The notes under the pieces were generated by a model. The model had not been told where the DNA came from, did no database searches, and saw nothing but the letters and a program-made list of their open reading frames with translations. Made by a program: the position numbers and the translations under genes. A DNA stretch of 64,000 bases from Macrostomum hystrix (lineage: Eukaryota > Animalia > Platyhelminthes), in the NCBI GenBank assembly GCA_950097015.1, contig CATNEN010000001.1, forward strand, positions 25,172,001 to 25,236,000, given 5' to 3'. Below are positions 54,153 through 64,000 of the stretch, piece after piece; within the stretch, counting starts at the first letter, position 1; the number at the start of each line of letters is the position of its first letter.

Positions 54153-55473
54153 CTAACAACTGCCAGAGCAGAATGGCTTGCTGTACACAATCTGGTGCAG
54201 TCTCTGAGAAACATGATCTTGCTCGGGTAACTGCATCCATGAGTGGAGATTGCGCAGTTGCCGGCCTTGCACCCGGTGCATGGCCAACGGCGGCCATCGC
54301 TTCACAGTCTTGGCAGAGAGGTCCGTGTAGCGGCAGATGAAAACATAGTCAGAGTGCAGGTGCAGAAATTGTCTAATTTTACCTGCTGCATTCGCCTGCT
54401 TATTGCGGGATGCAGTCATGGCAAGCGCTGGTAGAATACCAGTAATGTACACGTCCTCAAGCCACAGGGCGCCTGTGTGCGGCAAGTTCCTCTCGGCTTC
54501 ATTAACAATGGCCAACACAGCGGCTCGAGACAGGACGTAGCCTGGCCCTCCTGAGGCATACGCAGGGAACTCTTTATTCGGGTACTCAATCGTAGAAACG
54601 TAGAACTTCGAAGCCGGATCGCGACTCGCAGGGGCTTTCTCCTGTACCGAGCCTAGCACAAGCGGCTCCGATGGCTGATGTCGACGAAGCAGATGCACCA
54701 GCGACGCAACGTTCCAATATGAGTCGTGATCGGCTTTCAACACGAAATCGAAGCCATTGTGACAGGCCTTGGCGTACCAGCGCAGTGCGGAAATAATCTT
54801 GCGCACCAACAAGCCGTAGGAATCAAAGCTGTCTGCACCACTGTGGTAGGCAAGCAGGATGTCCTGATATACTGCCTGTTCTTGTCTCAAATCTGCCGTT
54901 GCATAGTGTCCGGCGCTGAGCTGAACTAGGAACAAGACCTGGCCAAACTGCCGATTCAGTTGCGCTCCCCAAGTCTCTCTGTTGAAAAAATTGTGATTTA
55001 AAACATAAAAATATTTCCTAAACATGATGTGGCGAACATTTCCTAGTTTAATTGCCTCGATTGTATCATTAATTAGTTTAGATTCTGAGTAGAGCTTGAA
55101 TTTAGACAAGTACAAGTACGCACCGAATGCCAAGCCGCGATGAGCTCATCAGTGACGTCACTGGCACTATCGCCAGAAGCGTCCTTCGCTCAGATCGAAT
55201 TTCTTCCGCGCTGCTCCGACAGACATCGGACAGCCAAGCCGGCTCTTCAAAGGTCCAGTTACCAAAATGGCGAATGAGACGAGCTTCGGTTTTGTGATTA
55301 TGCGGCTGCGTGATGCTGGGACAGGAGATTTTGGGGAATTCGTTCGCTCTCATGAGAATGAGAAGAATGAGCGCAAACGCAGCCAGCAGCGCCAGAAAGC
55401 ACACGGTGACTCGCCAACGGCACTGCCGTAGATGATTGACAACTGGAAGTGGGACCACTCGGCAATGCATCAT
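54153..55473 (-). CDS. GT31 family beta-1,3-galactosyltransferase-like type II membrane protein; exons 55473-55124, 54978-54153
   Basis: N-terminal TM anchor; R|ETWG, FVLKADHD, FPAYASG.GYVLS and LEDVYITG motifs. Confidence 0.88.
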
Positions 55474-56401
55474 GACTGGACTGCCTGCGTGTTTGGTACA
55501 GTTCTGTCAGAGTAACTAACACTAATGGAAACTTCCGAAATTGATATAAATCAAAACCTGAATTTCGAGTGCAACTGGTTCTCAAATTTTCTAATCTGAA
55601 AGGTATTTGCGCCGAAAATTCTGCTCGGACCTGGTTCAATATTACTTCTTCCATTCGAATGCTCTCAAATCCATAATGGTCGGGTATGACTATAGTGATT
55701 TCGCCAACAGAAAGCATTCCACATTCCACGTACCACAAAGTCAACCTTAAAACGGTCAAACGACTCAGTTCTTGTTTCCAATCGACGTTTTGGTACCTCG
55801 ATCTTCTGAAGCCTTAACAGCTCGGAGTTTGACTCGTAGCTGTGTTTGAAGGTTACTTGGCAAAGAAATAAATTTCTCTAAAATTTCAGAGACGCACAAA
55901 ACTTGAGTTTTCTTTTTCCCGCGCAAAGGCATGGTTGCATACTCCCCGCCCTTGTAACGGCAGAGAACTTTAGTTGCATTGTCTTACCAAGCACGTCTTG
56001 AAGAGTCACTTCCACATTGGCTACTGGAATAGACGACAGGAATAAACACTGGAATAGATAGACGCTCAGGCTAGATAGGTTAGAGGTTAGATAGACTGGG
56101 TTTGGGTCTTATAGCCTTACCAAACAGTGGATAAATAGTTCAATACGACAATCGCGTTTTGTCTGCGCGGTGTCTGAATTCGCTAAATGTGTACACATGC
56201 CTGTACACATACGTACAAATGACAAATTTCACTATTCACTATAAATCCCTATAGAAAAACTTTAGTGCTCTTAGCTCAGAGAAGAAAGCGGAGACAAGTC
56301 AGCGGTTGGGGCTTAAAACTACCAGCGGGGGGTGGCGGTGTAGACGAACACAAATATTACGCCCGCTGGGCACTAACATCAGTTTGTGCGCACTGCGCGC
56401 T

Positions 56402-56545
56402 CAGAGACTTCTAGAAATAACAACTGGACCCGCAAGGCACAGCGATGACTTTCCCTGCAATGTTTTCCCTGCAAGTTGAGGCCGGCATTTTTAGGGGCAG
56501 GGACTTATTTGTCCAGAGACTGGCTGTTATTTCTAGAAGTCTCTG
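56402..56545. mobile_element. 144-bp MITE with 21-bp TIRs (CAGAGACTTCTAGAAATAACA), possibly P-superfamily
   Basis: Perfect TIRs at 56402-56422 and 56525-56545; flanks TGCGCGCT / AGCGCGCT (7/8 match, candidate TSD). Confidence 0.65.
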
Positions 56546-57387
56546 AGCGCGCTGCACAGACCGGCTCAATGTAAACAAACTGCTTTAACTGCTTTAAAAC
56601 AAGCCCTTGTTTGCTTGCACAGTGGTACAATATTGAGGGAGTGTGCAATACAGTGTGTGCGCCATCGCGGCCGCCATATATGCTTTTTTATATGTTAAAA
56701 TTTAGTTTCAAATTGCAGAATCATTCTTCATCCGTTGTAAGGAGAGTAATTGATTTATCATCTGACATTTCACAACATTTTGGAGAACAAATTTCTTAGA
56801 TTTTATGAAGTGACTATCATGCGGTCATTCAAATCTTGATAATTTAAGAAGCGTTGTAACTTCTATTCAACTGTCCTATCTATTAAGTATTAAGACGATG
56901 GGGCAAATATGGCTTAGATTGTTTTATGCCCGCTTTAGTTTTTGGTGCACTTTTTCAACAGACACCAACCGCGCGAACTGGTGGACTGTGGGGCGGCCTG
57001 GCATATAGAGCATCTTCTAATATTCTAAAAATGAAAATCTTATATGTAAGATATAAGATGAACACCTTCACCAAAAGATTTCGGTACACGTATTTTTATT
57101 AAGCTTAATTCCATTGCCAAGAGGATTAAATTTTCGAAAAACAGCTTTAAATAGGCTTTTCTAATGCATTCTTGTTTTCAGCTGGTGCACAGTGAGGTCT
57201 ATAGCGCCAATTTTTATGATTGGTCTGGCGAGCGCACTGATAAGAGAACTGATGACCAGATGTGCATAGCCTGTGTACAGCAGTGCAGGCTTCTGTTATC
57301 AGCGCAGCAGTGAGAGATTTAATTTATTTACGAGTATTTATTCTACCGATTCATAGAACATTTCTTTCACAGCAGTAAAGTCAAAAG

Positions 57388-58360
57388 TAGAGATGCCAAA
57401 AACCGGCCCTTTTTGAGAACCGGTTATCCGGTTTGAAAACCGCCTTTTATAAGAAAACCGGTCTTTAAAAACCGGTTTGTGTGCCAAGTTTTTAAAAAAG
57501 CACTAAATAAGCATAGGACATAGAATTTATATACAATCGTGAATTTGTTAAAGGTGTGCGTGCCGATTAATAATAATAAAAGTTTCTTGGAATTAATAAT
57601 TTTAAATTTGTTATAGTTAGGTTTCGCGGAAATTGAATATCGCGCCAATTCAAATTTTCCATGGACTTTCTTCGGAATCGTTCCGTAGCCAATGCGAACT
57701 AAATGCAAACTAAAATAAAGACCCAATGCGAACTTAATATAAATTGAGATTTAGTTCGGATCAATTCGTAACTAATTCGCGAACTCTTAATTTTGCTGAA
57801 CTTAACTTAACTTTAAACTTAATGATGCACTGGTAGCAATGATTTATTAATTTGATGATTTTGGCCAAGGCAAACTGGTCACAGTCTCGAAATGTCGGTA
57901 CCCTGGGATGGCGAATCCTTGATGTTTTTAGGTTTAGACTTAGATAGTTTTAGATTAGGCCCAAATTTAGATTTATACTCCAAGTTCAACTTAGATTTAA
58001 TTTTAAGTTTAATTTTAACTAATTAATCTATGCATGTATTATTAATTAATTACCATACTGGCACTGAGTACTACTGAGTCCTGCGGACTCCGAGGTTTTT
58101 CATATTCTTTTCTGCGATTCAGACTCTACAACTACAACTACGAATTACGATTATGAAGTTACAAAGCAACGATTTAGAAAAATTTTGTTACCAGTTTTTT
58201 TTTCTCCAAAGTGCAAAAATTGTGACTCTGTGAGACATAATAAATATAAAACCCATTAAAAACCGTCAAAAAACCGGACAAAAAAACGTTTTTTTAGAAC
58301 CGGTTTTCCTGCTAAAAACCGGCTTTTTTAAACCGGTTTTAAAACCGGTTGGCATCCCTA
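57388..58360. mobile_element. Non-autonomous hAT DNA transposon (973 bp)
   Basis: Ends TAGAGATGCCAA...TTGGCATCCCTA, exact 8-bp TSD GTCAAAAG on both sides, subterminal AAACCGG clusters. Confidence 0.88.
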
Positions 58361-59029
58361 GTCAAAAGGCTAACAGCTGCCTACATCAGGGCAGACTTCA
58401 AGGCCCAAACATCTATCTCTAATGTCCTGGGTTTGTATATATATATAAATATATATAATATATGAATAAATAAAAATATATGTATGTGGCGGAGAGTGCA
58501 CTCTACCCTAGACAGCCGGCCCCAGACATCACACCAACTGTCTGGGCGGATGCGTCACCCCTGCTCGCGCAGTCGCATTGGTTTGCGATCCTCAGTGGGG
58601 TTGGGGACATGGAGAAGTCCCGCTGGCCTTTATCATGGACGTCTCCAGTTAGAATCTAGACAGGAAGCTTCCCATTGGTCCTCCAAGTTTAGGCCAGTTT
58701 TTAATGCCTGCATATCTATGCCAAGCTCACTTAAAAAGCGTTTATTGCGATAGTTATTGATGCTTAATTTAGTTTATATATTTGTCTCCACAAATTGAAT
58801 TCATACAAATAGTCAAACAATGAAAAAGTATAAAAAGAAACGAGATATAGATATTTCAGAAAAGCATTAGCAAGCAAGCAATATACATGCAAGAGCAAAC
58901 ATTTTCAACGCCATTTCACTTCAAAGATTAAAAAAGCTAACCGTTATTCTAAATCCTCTCAGAATCTTGTTCCTGTCTTGGTCATTTTACCAATTGTGCG
59001 TGCCACGCTACCACAGGTACAACAATCAC

Positions 59030-60860
59030 TACCCAGTAAGCTTAGCAATTTTTCGCTTTCCTTCATTCGCACTCCTTTAATTAGATAAGTCTTTGATCAG
59101 ATTTTTAATCGTGCAGTTAAAAAATGACCTCACAACACCGTCCTTGATGTCGTGGCCCTCCGTGCACATGGTTCGGCCCATGAAAGCCTCCACGAATAGA
59201 TTGTCATCCACAAGCATATCAGCTAAACAACAAAACAGCTGCAGTTGATTTGGAGCGCACAGCAGCTTTCTCCGAAGATCATCGTTTTGGCGAATCTCCT
59301 CGAAGATCTGCCAGCAATGTTTTGCAATGGCAAATACAACCTCGGTTGGTCTAGTCAAACCACCACGATTTATTTCGTCCAGAAAAGCTGATGCTGATGG
59401 TTGAACCCAATCTTCAGTTTCAAGCAGTGGCAGAATGTCAGGACTTACTAGCATCTCACGGCAGGACTCGCATCCGCGCTTTCGATTTAGAAATGATCTT
59501 GCGATTGCGCCACTTACATAATAAATTACGGTGCAGTCCGACGTTCCAGGCTGAATGGTAAGCTCGATCTTTTTTTAGAAAGCTCACTTGCTAGATTAAT
59601 GCACTGCTGATCGCGACTGTTGGTGACTGAGTCGAGGGCACTATCGATTTGTCGCACCGAAAAATCTGAGAATTTTAGCAAACTGATTGCAGCAATCTTG
59701 CGACTGTTCTCAATCAGCTGCCTGGCAGATATAAAATAGTTTGCTCCGGACATCTGGCGGAGCCAGCCGAATCTCTTCTCGATACTGTCAGACTGAAGAG
59801 AGCCAAGGAGGACATATGAGAAGCCTTCGCGATCAAGTAGGTGTCTCGCACAGGCAGCTATTGCGTGACACTGACAGGTAGTTCGACAGGCCAGAAATGT
59901 CTCCTTTGAGAGCCCGTGCTTGCTGGTCGACTGCCATTCCTGTGTATGAAAATAGAATGTAGGAATCACTGATTGGAGACTAAGTTTTGTGAACTTCATG
60001 AAAATTAGGGGTTATTAGTTGAATGCTAAAATCACTTTCCTATTTAATAAAATATGCTTTCTCGTTCTTACCTTCAAGAAATTTCCAAAATCATCCAAAA
60101 ATCGAAGCTTCCAGTCCAGAGATGATCGCACGTACGGGATCCTGGACTATATCGCGCTTGTGGTTATCCTTTTGATGCGGTCTTCACATTAAGTATAACT
60201 TGTATTTTCCACAGCTTGACAATGACGCCAATAAAATTAGCTGTATCGAGCCAGTTCTTGCCTTCGTGTTCACTGTAGTACCTCAAAGCATGGAGGGTAG
60301 ACTCGCAGAAAACGGATACAGCCATTTTCCCAGAAGATTTTTCAATACTTTTAGGATCAAGGGGATCAAGCGTAGTAGTACTTAGCTTGTGTGCCAATCT
60401 TACTGGCCTCCCAGCTTCAGCGTGATAGAGCTCCCTAATATCTGGAAAATTAGCTTGACAAATCTGGTTCAAAATAGGTGGATAGGCAGGACATTCAATG
60501 AGGCCTCTAGCTTGAAAATTATTGTATATGTTTTTCAGGTTGTGTACCGGGTCGAATAGGATAAAAATTGGCTGCCCACTGATCTTGTCAATAACCGATG
60601 ATCGCAGTTCTCCTTCACACACAAAATCGATAATAAACTTTCTGTTCACTGGAGCATTGTCAATAGATATAGCAATGACAGAAAACTGCATGCTTCTCAG
60701 AAGTTCCATTGCGGGCGGTTAGTTTAGCTACCGGATACATGGACACCATGTCTTTGAACTTCCCAGCTACTGATCTTATCATAAAGCAGCAGTACGTCGA
60801 CGCTATTGATCCGTTTTCATCCACTCCGCTAACTTGACCTCCAGAGTATTCCATTCCATT
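59030..60860 (-). mobile_element. Degenerate P-element/THAP9-family transposase
   Basis: SIDNAPVNRK, FDPVHNLKNIYNNF, YVLLGSLQSDSIEKRFGWLRQMSGANY, YVSGAIA and NRGGLTRP across several frames; multiple frameshifts. Confidence 0.83.
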
Positions 60861-61830
60861 CCATCGCACCTCGATCTCTCCATGCAGATACGCCAGCAGC
60901 GGCCAACAACACCGACCCGGCTGGTTGGTGAAACGAATGCCGGATGAAGAGATTGACAGAGGTCTGATCATGTCCGCGCTGCGCAATCAATACCTGGCCT
61001 TCGCTTAATTATGAGAACCTGGTGCCGTTGGGTGCCACCCTGCTGCTGGTGCTCGATGCGGATATTGCCTGGCACAGGTGAGGCTTATTCAATTCTTCAA
61101 TCTTGGATTTTTCCCTACGGCTCCATACCCGAAATATCTGTTCCACCAATGGGACCTGGACAGCATCGCCCAGGGCCTGTACTACTTCTCCAGGAAGCCT
61201 CAACTGCAGCAGCTATGCGTCAAAAGCGTACAGGGCGCGTCCAGCCGCGTTCAGGACCCGCGTGCACTTTGACCTTCTTTGACAACAAGCACTTTGGAGA
61301 GGATCAAAACTACTGCATAGCTGATTATACACTATCGGTCTATCGGCAACAAGTCTGAAGCCAAATTTCCTGCCAACCGTCAAAGTGTCCAGCGCTGCTT
61401 CCAGTCGTTTGCTTTCTACTGGCTCTCAAATCTAGCAGCGAAGCGGCTACTTTACAAGCGAGCGGAGGGCGAGTGGATCTGCGAGCACAACACCCTGTCC
61501 AGACAGCTATCCGAGGTGTACCCGGATCCACAGATGCGGCTTAGCTTGCGGATGGCTTAACGTTGGCTGAGAAGTGCAGCTAGCAGCCAACGTTTCGTGG
61601 CCTACGTTTCGTGGAAATACAATTGAAATTGACGAAATTGACTTCTTCTGAGACGCGTTCCTCTGAAATACACTGACCGTGACGATCTGTATATCAATCT
61701 ATTAATATATTTATCTATATTTAAATATTACTAGCACTATTACTAACGTTACTATTCTTAACATTATGCATAAATACATTATTACATATATGCCTATGCA
61801 TATATACAAATATACGTTTCCATATGAGAG

Positions 61831-61862
<32 letters not shown>

Positions 61863-63496
61863 TTTGTCAGTATACAAGTGTATATATCGTATCATATCAT
61901 ATAAAAAGGTAAACAGAAAAATAGAGACTTGCCGATAAATTGTTCATTTTAGTAGTGGAGAGGGGACAACAGAAATTGTTACGGATATACGTGACCTATT
62001 GAACTATTTATAATCAAGATCAAAAATTAGAATGCAAGTATTGACATTCTTACGTGGAGAATATTGACAAGGACATTTACAGGTGTAATAAATATTACGA
62101 TGTAACAATTACGAGCTGGGAATTTAAATTAAGTCTAATATTTTCCAAGAAAACCCAAACGGTGACATTTTAAGGTGTGGTGCATAATACATTTCGTTCT
62201 CCGTGTTTTTTACTTGTACTGCTGCTACCTCACAATTGCATGCACTTAATTAAGGGTCATGGTTAAAAACTAAATACCAGGCCTACGTTTCTTTTTAGTA
62301 TGTATTTCTCAAACTAAAAATATTGTAATTGAAATATGCCTGTCAGTCTAAAAACAAAAAAATTAAATGATGGAAGCTATATAGAAAAGTATATCTGTAT
62401 GCTTGGACACTGTTTTAAACAACTTTTGCATGTTCTAATCCATAATCTCGAAGGTAGTTCATGCCCACGAGCTATAATACTTAATAAGTTAATATCACCT
62501 ATAATTTTATTACTTTAGACAACTTACACCAGGCCTTATGCTATGCCTAACTAGTACTTTCCAGTAATGACTTACAATGGCTATACTAATGTTGGCCAAT
62601 GCACTTGTTTAGGAAATTATCGTGTAGAATGTAATGTAGACCTGGGCCCCAATTTAAGATTCACATAGGCTTGATTAGAACTTTCCTAGGAATGTGTTAT
62701 AATTCAGTTTGAATATTGACTAACCATCTCTAGGCTAGAACTGCCCAACCAACCTAAGGATAATTTGGTAACAGACATTTTGGTAGCAAAACAGGTACAT
62801 TTAGGTAACACTGTGCATTTTGGTAACATCCTATATGCTTATTTGGCAATGACATCCTAGCTCGTATATGCTTTAAAGGGAAATCTCAACTATGTGCTTC
62901 ACTAGGCCTAGAGCAATTGGCTCCATAATTTGGATTACTTATTTTTTTAGCTACCTATCAATACTATTTGGCTAAATATAGTCTTGTAGACAAGATACAA
63001 TTTGAATTTGTCCCAGCTTATAATTTGTATTTATCATATTTTCAGTCTTATAATTGGGGATGTTTCTTATCTGGCCAATTCAAATATCTGTTTTTAATCT
63101 AAATTGCTATATGTAACAATAATTTATGCTTTATAAGCTATTTATTGGCATACACATCTGTTACATAGTCCAGCAGTACATTATATCATTTTATTATTGT
63201 CTAAAATAAAATGTTGTCATACTCATAAGCATGAGCACTCTGCTACATTTTTCTGACCATGGTTTAATAAGTGAACTTTTAATTATAAAAAACATTCCTT
63301 TTATAATAATAGTAAATAAACAATTTCAGAAACTTTTTAAAAGCCTTAAATATATGAAATTTACCCTTGACACTTCACTAAAATTTTTATTTTTTTATTT
63401 TGTATGTATTGATTATAATATATATATATATAATCAATCAATATAATTGAGTATAAAATTGGAGTTATGCCTGTTATAATTTCAGAGCTAACAAAT

Positions 63497-63610
63497 TACC
63501 CACCAAGGCTATCTGCTATTACCCACCCAGCCTATCAGCTATTACCCACCCAGCCCATCAGCTATTACCCACCCAGCCCATCAGCCATTACCCACATGAA
63601 CCATCAGCTA
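63497..63610. repeat. Short ~23-bp repeat (CCCATCAGCTATTACCCACCCAG)
   Basis: Directly visible, ~5 units. Confidence 0.8.
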
Positions 63611-63834
63611 TGACCTATTCCAGCACTTGAATAATTTTCCTAGAGCTATTTATCATTTTTTCATTAATTTCAGTGCTGTGTTGGCAAGGCTGTGCTATTT
63701 AAACAAAGACTTCTGGCCTAAACAAACAGTTTTTGTTATTTCTAATTTGCATCTCGACGCGCGCATGACTGGCTCAATCAGACTCAATCTAGCTTAGGAT
63801 TCACTAGGAGCCTTGCCACAGACAGACTTCACCG

Positions 63835-64000
63835 ATGGCCGCGGCAGCCATCGCCGCCGCAGAAGCAGCCGCGGCAGACGTTGAGAGGCGAGAAATTGTT
63901 GCTCGCTACGACGCCGGTCCGAGCCGGCCAGACCGCGAGGCGGAGGAGGGCCCGGACCCGGTGTACTCAGCCAGTCAGCTCGACCATTTCGGCTTCTTCC
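63835..64000 (+). CDS. USP6NL: N-terminus of USP6NL/RN-tre Rab-GAP (runs off the window)
   Basis: MAAA...ERREIVARYDAG...VY...LDHFGFF resembles the USP6NL N-terminus (ERAEIVAKYDRG...TDRFGF). Confidence 0.7.
   Translation, partial: MAAAAIAAAEAAAADVERREIVARYDAGPSRPDREAEEGPDPVYSASQLDHFGFF

Noticed and set aside
54153-55133. 326-aa single-exon ORF as the complete glycosyltransferase
   Set aside because: Its first ~50 codons read through an AT-rich intron; the real N-terminus with TM anchor is the 55473-55124 exon.

Overview
Eukaryotic (metazoan) genomic DNA with spliceosomal introns. GC-rich exons, AT-rich introns and dense minisatellites suggest a lophotrochozoan, possibly the flatworm Macrostomum; this taxon call is inference only. 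From left to right: three tandem 4-exon two-pore (K2P/TWiK) potassium channel genes (-); an intronless-CDS PDZ+3xLIM Enigma/Zasp-like gene (-); LRRC72 (-) head-to-head with CLINT1/epsinR (+); GINS3/Psf3 (+). An accessory block follows (~34-56 kb): a 2xPAN+fibrinogen-domain gene, a WSC+PAN gene disrupted by an 83-bp quadruplication, an internally deleted copy and an intact copy of an ankyrin-repeat + STE/MAP3K-like kinase gene, a Crypton-type tyrosine recombinase lying between inverted copies of that gene's intron 2/exon 3, and a GT31 glycosyltransferase. The window ends with a P-type MITE, a non-autonomous hAT element, a decayed P/THAP9 transposase and the start of USP6NL/RN-tre. tRNA-derived SINEs of at least three types and many tandem repeats are scattered throughout. 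The most intriguing structure is the recombinase plus the kinase promoter and exons 1-2 enclosed by inverted repeats that each end in a phase-compatible splice acceptor, which is the geometry of an invertible exon switch (unproven). Exon boundaries were derived by hand and lack transcript support.
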